DNA of 64,000 bases from Lama glama (lineage: Eukaryota): NCBI GenBank assembly GCA_028534125.1, contig CM052816.1:48610001-48674000 (forward strand), written 5' to 3'. Under the pieces are notes generated by a model. The model saw only the letters and a program-made list of their open reading frames with translations. It was not told where the DNA came from and ran no database searches. The position numbers were made by a program, and so were the translations under genes. Positions 49,905-64,000 of this stretch are shown one piece after another. Within the stretch, counting starts at the first letter, position 1; every line of letters starts with the position of its first letter.

Positions 49905-51439
49905 GATGATATTTGAAAATTGGGGAATTTTAGATTAGGTGAGAAAGCTAGTACACTTATAAATGCTGCAGATGATGAGGTACACCTATGTGATGTATGG
50001 TACTAAACTTTTCCCAACACTTCTGCCTACAAAACCGTAAAAGGAAAAATGAAAGCAACACAAATTTCAATGCTACCCAGTTTGTCTAGTGGTTATCACT
50101 ACCTGGGATTGTGCATATCTGGGCTTTGCATTTTTTCTATAAGGAAAGTAGTCTTTTCCCAAATCCTTAGAAGAATGACTTTTTTGTCCTTAATTTCTGA
50201 TAGAACAAATTACGGAAATGTATCAGCTTACACTAGAGATTTTTATCTTTAAATAACGTAGTTTATAAACCAAGTAAAGCACAAGCAACTGAAACATTTT
50301 GTGTGAATTTCAAACTGTATGCTATGATTTACATTATCTCTAGATTAGATATTTTGTCTTTATTTGTATTTTTATTTTGCTATAATTATTTAATGCCTGT
50401 AAAAATACTTACTTCATCTTTCTTTTTTTCTTTGAGTGCTCTATTTGTTTCTTGATCTATTCTCCCTATGTAGTGTTATTTTCCTGTTTTCATAAATAAC
50501 AAGGTTATTTAATTTATTTTAGGATTTCTACAAGTTTGTTCCAAATCTTCCAAAACATTTTCACTGAAATTTTTTTTGAGTCTTTAACATGATACTCTTA
50601 ACTTATACCATAGTATTTTCCTTAATTGCCATATTTCTTATCTTCTTTTTCCTTAAAGACATTGACATCTATTTAAAATTGGGATTTTCATCAAGTAGAC
50701 TTAATTACTACTTCTTGATTCCTTCACCAGCACAGATTCATTTCTACTGATATTTACCTAGGTATCTTTGTTGTCTTAAAATGTGAAATATTTCTGTTTT
50801 CACTTATTGTTTCTTAATACTCTTAACTGAAAGAGGGAGTAGGTGGAAAATATTAATACCCCATGTGCACTGCTAACGGCCTTTATCTCTCTTCTTACCC
50901 CTGCAGCAATGTATATGTATTATATCTCATATCTATTATATTCAGATTTAAGGAAACTCTACTCTTGTTTCCTTAAGTAATTATCTTCCTAAAATGTAAT
51001 TCTAAATTTCCAATTTTCTGGTTAGTAAAGAACTTATTTATCTAGGAAAATGGGAATACTTTAGAGAATATAACGTATTTTTTCTTGATCCTTTTGAAGA
51101 ATAGCAGACATATAAACACTAAATCCTAACTATAATTTAAGTAATACATGTTTTAATCCATCTCCACAGTCCATATACTAATAGGTATATTTTTTTTACC
51201 ACATCATTTTCCTAGGTATCTTTATTCTCAATTCTCTGGTATTTTGAATATTTACTTTTACTTTATTTTTACAGATACCTTAATGTGAAATTAAGAGAGA
51301 CTGCTCAGAGTTTAAAACAAGGCACTTTAAAAAATATATATTTTTATTTTTTGTATTACTTTTATTTTTATTTGTGTTTAAAATGAGCACATATTTTCAC
51401 TGTAGATGTTTTCAACATTGTCCCAAAAACAATTTCTGT

Positions 51440-51805
51440 AAGTCCAACAGACAAATACTGTGTCTTATCACTTCTATATGTAATCCAAACACAAAACAAA
51501 ACAAAACAAAAACAAACAAAAAAAAGCAAATTAATTAATATAACAAAACAGAAACAGACTCTCAGATATAGAGGACAAACTAGTAGTTACAAGTAGGGAG
51601 AGGGAAAGGGGGAAGGACATTAACTGGTACAAACTACTATGTATTAAATAAATAACCTATAAGGATATATTGTACAGCACAGAAAATATACCCAATATTT
51701 TATAGTAACTTTAAGTGGAGTATAATTTGTAAAAAATAATCAATCACTATGTTGTATACCTTAAACAAACATAATATTATAAATCAATTATATTTCAACT
51801 AAAAA
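51440..51805 (+). mobile_element. L1 3' UTR fragment
   Basis: AACAGAAACAGACTCTCAGATATAGAGGACAAACT, GGATATATTGTACAGCACAG, AATCACTATGTTGTATACC. Confidence 0.85.
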
Positions 51806-54253
51806 GATAATTTCCAGTTAGTGATCTGTGTTAACAACATTTTAAAACAGAGCCAACAACAACAAAATAATTATCAGATTGTGTCATTATATATGATATG
51901 TACTATTCTGAAATCTAAAGCTTTATGCCTGCATACAGCTGTGCTTTAACCAGATTTAAGGCAAAAGGCCTAGTCTTTTTGATCTAGAAACCGATCTGGC
52001 CATTGGTTCAATGTTCAGACAATTGACAAGATCTTTCAGAAATTAAAGTAATTCATGTTTATTTAGGAGTACTGACTAGAATTTAAGTATAGAAGTAGAT
52101 ATGAAACTATTTGAGAATGAATTATGATTTATTCTTACTTTCATATAATTATTTTCATAAAAAATGTTATTTTAGATCTTGTACCAAAATCAAATGGCAA
52201 TAATTTGAACAACAGATTAGTATTATACATGGTAGCTCTATTTCCAGAAGACACAAAAGTGTATTCCTTGAATTATATACAAATTTTTCAACAATTTATT
52301 TTTAATGGACGCAACATCAAGGAATACATCCTACCAAGCCTAGAATTTCACTGATGTAGTATGCTTTGTTTCCTATTATCATCAGGGTTTGACTGGCTCT
52401 AGGGTTTCTTATTATGTGCTAACATACTTTGAGCATTTTCTCTTTTTTTTCATCTCATGTCCTGCCTGCTGAATTGAGTTTTTTCTCCCTTCTTTAATCT
52501 TTCTGTCCTCTCTTTCTTTCCCTCCTTTTCCTACTTTGACTTTCTTGTATTCTTCTCTTTCCACTCCATTGTACCCTATATGATGCATTGCCCTCTCTTT
52601 CCTTATTTATTTATATTTATAATCATATTGTTACTCTAGTCACTTTGAGAAAACTAACTTATCACCAAAAAATCTTGTCATTTTAATGAGAGGTGGCCAT
52701 GTTTCCTGATAAAACCATTAGAAGAATATCACTCTCTGGAAATAAACTCTACCTCTTTAGTGCTTCCATCATGACTCAGTAAAAAGGCAAGAACTATCAA
52801 AGCTATTTTATTTATTTATTTATTGTTTAAGTACAAATTATTAGCTTGGAGAAAAGCACATACGCTGATGAATGATTTCTATTCTTTTATTCTCCATATG
52901 AAAGTTATACTAAGAGAGTTGCAATATATTTAGAGGCATTTAAGTGAAAATATTTGCGTATTGATTGCATGTTGAAATGTGAATCCTACATTTGTACTTG
53001 CACCAGGATTAATTTTGTCCAAAGTATCTATCCATCTAAGCATACTTCAATATTTTTCTCATTATGGTATCACATTAATTGTCATGGGAGAATAAGTGTA
53101 ATCCCCTTCTCACCCAACTCTAGTCACTCATCCTTACTAAAATGTTTTATTTCAGCTCTCTGCTTAAAATGGTTAGTAGAAGGGTGTTAGTGTCAAATAT
53201 TAACCTCTAATGGGATGTTCATTTATGTTTTTCCACTCACTACTAAAAAGATTATAGCAGTTTATCTGTCTTTTTTTTCCTCACCCAGCAAGCATTGCCA
53301 GGCACTCCTCCAACCCTTGTTCTGGTAGTATTAACACAGCTTTGCTGTGGAAACTACCCACTAAGAATTGCATGAACATGTGTTTAATCAAGGTACTTTG
53401 TTTTCTAAGTATTAATATTTAATCTAAATTGGGAAGCTTGAATTCTCTCTGGCAGAAATGGAATCCTGTGGGATGTGACACAAAAAAAACAAAAGTGATT
53501 TTCTCCCTGATCACTCTGTTCATTAGCATCTCCTATCTATGTCTTTATAGTGACTCTAGGATAAGTCCTTCAGGGACTTGAGCCTTCAGCTTTGCCTATG
53601 AGTTTATAAGCCATCTGTGTCTTCACAGTAAGTGGGTAGAGAGGGTGATAGATTAGCCAGAGCTGGAGTGTGTTGCTTGCAAGCAAAAACTGTAAATAAT
53701 AAAAGGAAGAAGTATAATGTTGACAAAAATATATATACAAATTTTCAGTGGAATGAAAAAAAATAGTTAAAAGTTGTATGGTTTCTGTGGAATTTCATTA
53801 CTTTTGGTTTGGCTTTGAATGACTTTGTTTATAGGATTTTTCTGTTCAATTTTTTCTTCAACCTAATGTAATAAGATTACATTATTAAGAATCTTTATCC
53901 CATTGGGAAAGAAACATCTACTCCCTAATCATCCCTTTCTCCAGGCTTTTAAACTGAATAGAAACTGAGCTTTAAAAGAAAAGAAGGAATGAAGAAGGTT
54001 GTTTTTATTTATGTTTTAGTTTAAATCTTAAAATCAGAAAGCCCATACCCACACTTGCTTACTGCATGGTCAGGAAATGTTCAGAACTCCAAACAATCAC
54101 TAGCAATCCACTGACATCATCATTTCACTTGAAATCTTCTGTTTCAGACTCTTCTGTGCTGTGTTTAGTCATCCTAAACCTAACAGGATTGTTATCAATT
54201 TTAAAAGTGGCTAATAATTACATATATATATATATAATTTTGCAATCAATTGA

Positions 54254-54288
<35 letters not shown>

Positions 54289-54291
<3 letters not shown>

Positions 54292-54599
54292 GATGAATTG
54301 AACAGGGTCTTTACAAAATAGAATATCCAAACAACGAGTGAACATACAAAAAGTATTGTATTGGTCATCAAGAAAATGCAAATTAAAATTACAGCTGCAC
54401 ACCCATTAGACCTAAAATGAAAATGAGGAAAATACTAAGTACAGATAGGGAGGTAGAGCTACTTAAACTCTTAAAAGTGCCTGATAGGAATGTAAAACTG
54501 GTAGATATACTCTGATAAAACTGGCCTATAAATATACTATGACTCAGAAATTTTACTCCTAGGTTTAGTTCTAAGTAAATTTGTATATTTATTCACAAA

Positions 54600-54635
<36 letters not shown>

Positions 54636-55080
54636 AAATGACATTAATTATACTTGCCAAAATGGAAGCAATTCAAATAATATCAAAAGGAGAACTGATA
54701 AGTAAATTATATATTTGTACAACAAAATAATACTATATGGCTATGAGAATGAATGAGCCATAATGACATACAGCAATATGGGTGAATCTCAACATAATGT
54801 TAGATGAAAGAAGCCAGTCCAAAAAACACATTATGTATTATATATCAGTTAACATAATACTCAAAAACTAATATGACAGATTCATTTATGATGCTACCTA
54901 TCAATAATAATCCTGGGGAAACCATAGAGAAGGGGTTCCAGAATTTCTAGTAAAGTTCTGTGTCTTGATTCAGGTGCCATTTATACCAGTGAATTTATTT
55001 TGTAAAAAATTCATCAACTTGGTGAACTTTTCTGTATATATGAGATACATGAGTAAAACATTTACTCTAAAAAATAAATA
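54289..55080 (+). mobile_element. Old L1M 3' fragment with adjacent and internal (TA)n runs
   Basis: GAAAATGCAAATTAAAA, TTTTACTCCTAGGT, ATGGGTGAATCTCAACATAATGTT...GAAAGAAGCCAG. (TA)n at about 54257-54288 and 54604-54631. Confidence 0.75.
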
Positions 55081-58000
55081 GCTAGAATAAGAATCTGTGT
55101 TACAGAACTGAATATTTCCTTCTAGGAGACAGGGCTTATGTGACACTAATGAGCACAATTTGTTTATTTTTAATATTGCATCAGCCATTAAAAATGCCTC
55201 TAAGTTTCCTGGCTACTACCTCTACAGCCTATTTTATACTCATTATTGAAATGAAATAAAGCCCTAGTAGTCAAAGATTCACTTGTTTACTGATGCAGAA
55301 AGGACAGAATTAGTTCTACTAAGAGTAATGGAATGAAACAGACTATGAGAAAGGTACAGAACATTAGGTACTACTAAATATTACTGCTGTGAGCAACTGC
55401 AAACTTGTGGAAATTTTTTTGGTATAAAATTGCTCAGAATATGTGATATCAGAGCTTTAAACATACTCATTAAAACAATAGTCTGAAGTATTCATATCCA
55501 ATGAAAATATATCCCCTCACAATAGTGTCTAATTATATAGCCAGTTTAGTTTCCATGGAATTTCTTTGGAAAAGCAGTATTGTAAACAAATAAGGATCTA
55601 AGGAAAACTGATGAAAAGAAACAAAAATTTGCATAGTAAAAAATTTTTAAATTGTGGGGAATAAATCTGGATGATTAAGTGGGAAACAACTTTTTCTCTG
55701 CAAGTATGGCACATTTATAGTATAAGAATGGATAAGGATAACAGATTTTGAAGAATTTTGGAGGATTATTTCATTTATTTTTGAAAGAGAAAGGAAACAT
55801 ACATTTCAGCATTAGCTTAAAAGGCCATGGAAGTACAAGCATTAAACCAAATTAAACAGTAGCAGTGTTTGAAGGATGTAAATGCAGCAGAAACATAGAT
55901 ACATATTGTATACAACAAAATGAACCTCTCATCTCTGTTTTCTTAAAAAGTATCATTATGTATGCATTTTTTACTTGAACACTTAATAACACCCAGCTAC
56001 TCCTTCCCACTTGTCTAGTCTTTCAAATCTATCAGTGGGCATTTCTCCTTTCTCGTTAACCCTCACATACATCTTTCTTCTTTCTCATTCTCAATGTCAC
56101 TTTATCATAGGCCTTTACCAACATAATTGGAATATGGCAATTGTTTCCTAGCCGAGCTTCCTTTTTCGTTTGTGGTGTTCAGTCTGGGTCACTAGGCATA
56201 GTACTTACCAGACCTGAAAATCTCCATACTGGATCAGCATTGTCAACCAATGGTGTGCAGAAGTCAGTATCTGCTCCTGAAAGGAGACTGTGTACATTCT
56301 TCCCTAACTCCACGTTCAGTAACATCACTTTTGTAGCTTGATATTAGCCATTTTTGTAGTATTTATATCAGAAAACCAGCAGATGCTGCAAAGAATACTT
56401 TTTAAATATATTTTTGGAGGGCTGGTTTAAAAAAATTACCTGCACCTTACTGCACTGAATCACCTAGAGGATAAACCACAAATCCCACAATCTAAACTTC
56501 ACATCCTCCGTAATTCAACTAATGTTTGATTCTATATCTCCCCTTGACACTTATATAAATGAACCTTTCTACGTGATATGCTTGTTACATAGTTTACTTA
56601 CTTATTCTCCCACAGTTGAGATGTATTTGCTCTTATGTTTGAACCCCAAATGTGCTCTAACTTTTTCTATGCTTTATAAATATTCCGTCCCTTTTAATAA
56701 CAACGTTTATGTAAAAGTTTACTTCCTTATGTCCAGAAACATCAATCTTTAGTATCATTATTCCTCCACATAATATTTAATATGCCATTTATAACTTTAC
56801 ATTACTATTACTTCATCGATAAGCATGTTATCTTCTGGTCAGACTTACTTATATATTATTCAACTATCCATTCAACTACTTAATCATTATATACACTCAG
56901 ATAATCACTAATTTATCTTCTTTGATATAAGCATCTTGAGAGTAAGAACTGAGGCTTTTGAATTTGCATACAGACAGATTAATAGCTGTTCTTCAATTCA
57001 CAGATTTACCAAGGACTTATTGAATACTTGTAGATGAAATATACATCCTTTGATTTGTATTAACTCTTAAATAGTGGTATTAAAAAATTAAGTATAATTT
57101 TTTAAGATAAAAGCAATTTATCTTACATAGTAGAAGGACATTTGAAGGGATAGCTACTGATTTTAGAACCTCACATGAAAGTTTCTTCAACCATGTAAGG
57201 TGTGTGTGTGTCTGTGTGTGTTGAACTTGATCATTCAGAATCTTGTCTCAATGATGTATTTTTCTTTGTATTATTTGTGTAGATACGGCCTTAGAAAAAA
57301 TAGGAAGCCTTATCAAAGAACCTTTATACAGCAAGAAGTCAACAGGTTGAATGCATGTCTTTTATTTTTCATAGTACTTTCTGCCAAGTCTTACTTATTT
57401 TCTCATTTCCAGAATAGGACACTATATATATGCATCTTTCCTTCCTCTATTTCAAGAAGTATTCTTCACTATCTTTACATTTGTCACAGTGCACTCTGTG
57501 TTTATAAATAAACTAGTGACTATGTATCACCCACATTTTCAATGAATATTAATATCATATTACATGAAAAGCTGTACAAACAGTGTGATAGTTAAAAATT
57601 TTAAGTAACAAGACTTATTTTGAGAATGCTTATATTGAAATTCTCCTAGCAATTGGCAACATTAATAAATTATATGGTCATGATAAATAGACTTAGTGTT
57701 GGTATGAGTAGAGGTAGAAGAATATATTAGAAAGTGTATTTTCTTCAAAAATGAGAAACCAAAGTTCAATTAGTGAATGTATCTGCCTCTCTGGAAGAGC
57801 TGTGGGGTGGATTTGGCTTTAGGTACAAATTATATTCTTTGTCTTAAACTGCAATGCTAGAACACTGACCACATTTTGGCTCTGTGCATTATTCTCTGGC
57901 TTTATCCTCTCACTAGTTCTTGTACATGGAAACATTTTTTTTCCTCTGTCAACATCCAGGTATAAATATCAAGGAACTATTTCTTGTCATACCTAAGATA

Positions 58001-58839
58001 CATATTTATCCCTGATTATGTTATATGCATGTTGCCTGGCAGTGAAAGGGATACAGGGCAATATAATAAGCTACTTCCATCTAAAGTGAATTAAGAGTTC
58101 CACAAAGAGTCTTGCAAGGAAATTAAAAGGAGGAGTTTGAGAACACACTATATTGACAGCAATGGTAACTCAATATACAATGAATTACAACTAGTGATAA
58201 GTGGCCAAAAATAACTTCAAGAGCTTAAGAATTAATAGCTGTTAAAATCAATAACTTTCAGAACATCTTATTAATTTTATCATCCATACAACTCTGAGAA
58301 ATAGACAGGAATGTTATATGATTCTTTGAATTTTTTGGTTAAGGAAATTATAATCACAGAATTTAACATAGCTGGGATTATAGTAAGGAGGCTGGTATAC
58401 CATGTCCTATGTCTGCCATAAAAAGAGTCATCAGAAATATTCAGGGTAAAAAATATCATTCATTCATTATAAATGAAAACTATTTTCTGACCAAAAAAAT
58501 CTCTCTCCCCTTATAAAATAACGGTCTCAAAAATCTCTTAAAACATTAAGGATGTAAATTCCAATTAAGTAATCCAGCTCCTATGCTCATCTAATCATTA
58601 AGTAAATTTTTTAAATGCACATGTTGAATATTTATTATCTTAACCCAGTTTCCCATGAAAATAGACTGATATAAAATGTCTATAATATGTTACTGAGAGA
58701 TAAAACCTAGAACTGCAAGAATGAGAAATAACAGTCTCTCAAACCATTCAGAGCTTTAGGGTTACAAATGGAAGCAGCACAGCTCCTCAAGCTCATTAAT
58801 AAGAGTGTTACTGAGGGAGATCAGTCCTGATTTTACCCT

Positions 58840-59400
58840 TTGGCTCCAAAGCCCAGGGACTTTAACTATTGAGATCACACTCATATATTGGCTAGTTGTC
58901 CATCGTGTACACTGTATGATTGAGGATTGATTTCCAACTCTGAGAGGTTGTCCGTAAACTAGAACCTTAGCTCACTCTTCAGGAGATGTGGTCAATTATT
59001 CTTTCATACTGACTGTTTTTGAATGATGGATGGGATATATGATAATATCAGGGAAATCTGGGATCATGAGACATTGTCACACCTCTCTTGGTGTAAGACG
59101 GAATTCTTTGATCCAAGAAAATGTTATGTATTACTGATGCCACATGTGTATGTGTGTGTGCATGATACTACACTGATGGATCAGGCAAACTGAAAGCTTT
59201 ATAATGATTGTGTTGGGAGAAGTAAAATGAATAACACAGTTATGTGTTATACTGCCTCTAAGGCGGAAGAGATCTGACATAATTATCCACCACCAAATGG
59301 TAGCTAGTCTCCCTGAAGATAAAGCCCTATCTAGGATTCACACTCTCGCTCTGCATTGGTAGATGGACTTTTTCGGAATCAAGACATTGGATGATGGTAC
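58840..59400. mobile_element. Possible ERVL/MaLR internal relic
   Basis: GC-richer segment with text such as TGGATCAGGCA and TATCCACCACCAAATGG reminiscent of ERVL internal sequence. Weak. Confidence 0.35.
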
Positions 59401-60029
59401 CATATCTTCTGTTTAATAAACATAAATTTGATCAAGTTTTTCCTCATAGATAAGAATATTGCTTGCAGTTAATGATTAAATGGAATATATAATTATTTTT
59501 AATCATTTAAGGTGCTATCTACATCTTGAAATTATAGGTTAATTATTATGTATTCACTTTAATTCTGTTTGTGTTTATAGTGTTGTTTTACCTTAAAAAG
59601 TGTATACACAAAATATACAGACAGATTTTGTTCTTGCTGAAATTGAAATCCGTCATTTTATACATAGTTTTTCTAGTTTTCTTAATGGAAAAAATCTCTA
59701 AAATAATAGTATCAGGCCAATTAATAATAAATAAACATAATTTGATAGGTAAAAATTGATAAGGGTGGCTTTATTTCTAACATTTTAGCCATGGTCCTGA
59801 AAAAATAAAATCTTGCAAGCCTAATTTTCTGGCAATATAAAGACATTAGAATGAAGAGAGAGAAGCAACTGATAGCAGTCATATTTTCCTAGATAGCCTC
59901 ATTTTAATAGTAGGATTATTGAGCATCCTTTTCCAGAAATGTGACCTAATTTTAGAAGTATTATTTTCCTATCTGAGGTCTGAAGTGATGTATTTGTTAA
60001 AATCTACAAAAATATATCTGAGCAGTATT

Positions 60030-60150
60030 TGAGTTCTCTGGGCATCAATTATGAATCTATAAAATAGCAGTACCTACCTTATAGGGTTGCTGTGAGTACT
60101 GTAGGGATAAACACATGAAAAGCATTTAGAACCATTCCTGGTCCATAAAG
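60030..60150 (+). mobile_element. MIR SINE relic
   Basis: AGTACCTACCTTATAGGGTTGCTGTGAG...AAAGCATTTAGAAC. Confidence 0.8.
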
Positions 60151-62016
60151 TAGAGGTCATCATGACACTTGCCTACAACCAAAACTCCTGTGTACTCATG
60201 ACTTAGTGCAATAATTATCAAACTTTGTCCATCTTAATTCAACTCTGCATCCACACATCTTAATGCCTTCACTAGAGTGCTTCAGAGCAAAACCCAAATT
60301 TAATAAGTTTTTTTATGCATAAATGTTTTAGTTTACAAGTATATATCTCTATAGTGACTTAAATCTCTCTCTTCCTCCTTTCTTCCTCATCTCTCCTACA
60401 GTAGTAGTATCATAACCAACATAAATAATAAGACCATAATAATATGTAATGTCAAGTCAGCATTCTATCTGCAGTTTTTCAAAGCACAATGTTTTTCACC
60501 CATAGCAATACGTAAACATATCTATACATTTGGTTGAGATGACTCTTAAGTCTCTGTCAATAATATGTTAAATTTTGGCATGATAGCAGTAAAACCAGTT
60601 GTAAAGTGCTCAATGTTGTTTTAAAAAATGCTTCAAAATCAACAAAAATAATTTTTCAGAATGGATCTTGTGCATCTGTGTAGATTTTCTTCATGCCATG
60701 CTGAATGTGCTACAACTGCAAAGAAATAATCATTCTGAACCATCCCACACTTAGCTGTTGTTAGGCAGGTTTATACTCAGAGCAAATGCTGCAAGCACTT
60801 GGGAACTCTTAACTAAAACCTCTTTTATCTTTTTAAAAAATTGCTGATCTTAGAACAATTGAATGTTTGATAAATTCAAGAAAAAAAATAGGTAAAACAT
60901 GAGGATAGAAGAGCTATGTTTAATGCACTTATTACCTTTTTGAATCCTATTTTGTTTTTAAATATGGCTTTCTCTTTATATCCAGCATGATGAAACCACT
61001 GTCTAGATTGTGAATGCATCATGCCAGTTTCTTGAACTCATTAGTCACTCAATAAATAGTTTATCAGGGAGTTTGATAATGAAATAGTGATGTAATGCAG
61101 ACTAGGTGCTCCTAGACAGTTCTGCAACTGATTTTCCAATTGAGTGTATTAAGTTTGACATTTTTTAATATATCAGAAAGAAAGATAACACTGACTTCCA
61201 GGTTCTCTGATGATTTTCCAATTTTGTGAAATAAAATAAAATGTCTGAATAGACAAAGACTCAATAAAACACCCATAAATTTTACAGATATGTGAACATA
61301 ATTTAAAAACTGGAATTAAAAAAAAGATCTTCAAAATATGTATTTGAAGTGAACATTAAAATGCCAATTTATAATCCATAGTAATATATTTTTAATGATC
61401 TACTAATAAATTAAAGTTAAATGGAAAATTGGTCTAGCTATATAGATAATTCATTCAATTTCAGCAAAAAAATTGATGACATAAATTATCAGACAACTGC
61501 TTCGATTCTTCATTTTATTTTGTGTGTGTGTAAGCCAAACCAAAGATGAATCGTATCAGCAAACATGAAATAACTCTATTTTTACTGCTTTGGATTTTTT
61601 CCAGATGGAGGAATATTTAAGTAAAGTGCTTAAAATTCACATTTTTATTCTTTCATTTACTGATATCTGAATCTGCAATATAAGATGTTCCAAGTGCCGA
61701 TGTTCTTATTGCTAGATTCATCTGTGCCAGTAAAGTAAAAAGCAGATATATAAATACAGACTTTAATCTTTGATTCACATGTTTAGTAGTACCATCCATA
61801 CACTCAAAGATTTGCTTTATATTGGTAATTCAAACACCCAATATTTGTGTATTGAAATGTGTTCCTTTTCTGATTTTAGAGATAGTATAATATAATAATG
61901 GTCATTTTTTATATATAAGGCTTGAAAAATCCTACCACTACACTATTCCAAACAATATACATTGAAAGGAAAATCCTTTTGTTTTTGCTCATGTGATCCA
62001 CTTATTGCTGCCTTTT

Positions 62017-62141
62017 TTGGGGAGGAGAGGGAGGTAATTAGGTTTTTATTTATTTATTTATTTTAACGAGAATAGTGGAGATTGAATCCAGGACCTCGTG
62101 GATGCTAAGTATGTGCTCAACGACTGAGCGATACCCACCCC
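62017..62141 (-). mobile_element. tRNA(Ala)-like Vic-1-type SINE (long tail) with 14-bp TSD
   Basis: Reverse complement reads GGGGTGGGTATCGCTCAGTCG...CCTGGATTCAATCTCC...AAACCTAATTACCTCCC. TSD TATTG(C/T)TGCCTTTT at 62003-62016 and 62142-62155. Confidence 0.9.
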
Positions 62142-63340
62142 TATTGTTGCCTTTTGTGTTGCCTCAGCTTGGACCTGGTGAACAATGAGAACAATTGTGG
62201 ACCCTCTGGACCTTGCAGCCAGCCTAGCACCACCCACTCCTCTCTGCTGAGTTTCTGACAGAGGAAGTTTCTTCTTCCTTAATAGGAATGACTATTTCTT
62301 TTCTGCTCTCTCTACCTGATCTTGTCCACACCTCTGTGATTCCACAGATCAAATACCTTTCATAGTGATAGTCCTGCCACCTCTGGCTCCGTATCTCACC
62401 AATGACTTAACACTACTTCACAGTGCTCACCTGCTTCATGCAGCCTTTATGCATAGAAGATCTGGTGAGTTCAGTCATTATAGTACTAGATATTTTAATA
62501 AGAATAATTTATTCTGTCATATTTATTTCTTTAATGCTGAAAGTCACTTCTCTAAAAAGAAATATTTGGCAAATCAACAGATTAATAGCTCAGAAGTGAT
62601 AAATGTGATGGTAATATAAATGATTTTATGGGTTACTTACTTGGTTTTGTTTTATAAGCAAATCATATTTGTACCTCAAAATATTCTCAAACTTCTATAA
62701 CGAAGTCCTATTACCAATAAAGTAATTTGGTAATTCTAGTTATTTATGTAAATAAAATTTATGTAAGGCAGATTTAATTCTGGAAGTCTTTCACCAACAT
62801 ACTCACCAATAGAATAGATTAATTTACTTGCACAGTTAAAGTTACAGAAGTTTTGCAGTGAGCTTAGTTGTCTAGAAATCATTTCCAAAAGCCTGCAATT
62901 CTCTGAAAATGTTAAACTGCTGCAAGATCACAGTGATTCATCAATTTTTATAAAAAGAATTTAGTACTCATTTTATAAATAATTTTATTCATTTCTGAAA
63001 AGACGAATTCCTACTTTTAAAAATCAAAGAAAATTCTAATTTATCATAGTAGATGAAATAAGGAGAAACATTTCCCAGATAAATGCTCTAAATATTAATG
63101 TTTTTTTTAAGAAAAGGATAATGACTAAATAAAATAAGTGTCATGTACAAGCATCCCAAATTTAAAAACATGATAACTAACACATGGTGAAAGCTCTTTT
63201 TTATTTTTCATTCACAACATAAAGGCAAATGAAAGTAGGTGTGCCCAGTGTTTTCTTCCCTTTCTTTTTCTAACCCAGAGGGAATCACTCCCATGAATTT
63301 GGTGTCCTTGATTTTATACCCTAATACTGACTTACGGTAT

Positions 63341-63797
63341 TGTTGAACATTTAGCTAAACCACTCCATAATATTCTTGCCTCCATATCCATTTTGTGTGG
63401 CCAAATGGCCTGCAGAGGCCTTGAACTGATACTAGCCCCTCCTGCCAGGACACACCCTACATAACAGCACGCAGAGTCAAAGTCAAAGTTCCTGATATGA
63501 CTCCTTCAGCCTCTGTGCGCTTTAGATAAAACCAAGGCTTACCAAAACTCCACTCTTTTTGGTTTGAATTGACCTATCCGGCTTCAGCCCAGGAACCTCA
63601 AAACACCGCACCCAGGGACTCGAATAAAGACATCTGCCCCGGGTCCTGTCTGTTGTGCTTTCTCTGTCCACATTCTGCCTTAACCTCCCTGTGTTTCTCC
63701 TCCAGGACCAAGGACTAATAAATTTCATTATTTCACTTTTCCTTGCAGTCTTTACTAGCAGCGTTTACCATTTGACACACCCAGGCTCTACTTAACA
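63341..63797 (+). mobile_element. Probable solo LTR (ERV1-like, about 457 bp)
   Basis: TGTTGA...TTAACA termini, C-rich U3 and AATAAA at 63717-63722. TSD not confirmed. Confidence 0.6.
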
Positions 63798-64000
63798 ACT
63801 TTTGCAGCTACCTCAGGACAGAAAAGATTTATGGAGATTTTAAAAAATCTTGAATAATTAGTTAAATGAAATTTTAGCTAAACACTGCCTTCCAAATATT
63901 AGTTGTGCCTAGTTCATGTTATTTGATTTTACAGAAAAGGAAGTGATACTTCAGATTGTTAGAATTGAGCACAACTTCAGTAGTATGTGTAATTTTTTTT

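Noticed and set aside
61585..61626. Possible micro-exon (TTTTTTCCAG/ATGGAGGAATATTTAA/GTAAAG)
   Set aside because: Weak donor, in-frame stop and no supporting gene context.

Overview
AT-rich mammalian non-coding DNA (gene desert or large intron). I recognised no intact protein-coding gene or exon. Three tRNA-Ala-like SINEs of the Vic-1 type suggest a camelid (inference). The window is a mosaic of LINE-1 fragments (two with 5'-inversion geometry, one long copy with a large internal deletion), ERV/MaLR LTRs (including a solo LTR with a 4-bp TSD at 12098-12671), an ERVL pol remnant, Tigger/hAT MITEs, MIR/L2 relics and microsatellites. The most interesting signal is at about 23950-25100 on the minus strand: a decayed, stop- and frameshift-ridden reading frame. 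Its blocks align by eye, collinearly and with near-correct spacing, to two parts of the bornavirus L polymerase. It is a candidate ancient endogenous bornavirus-like L element (EBLL), with a truncated Tigger2-family MITE at the point where the catalytic core is missing. That call rests on a low-identity manual alignment to my recollection of BoDV-1 L and needs tBLASTn/HMM confirmation. Boundaries of old repeats are approximate and subfamily names are by eye.
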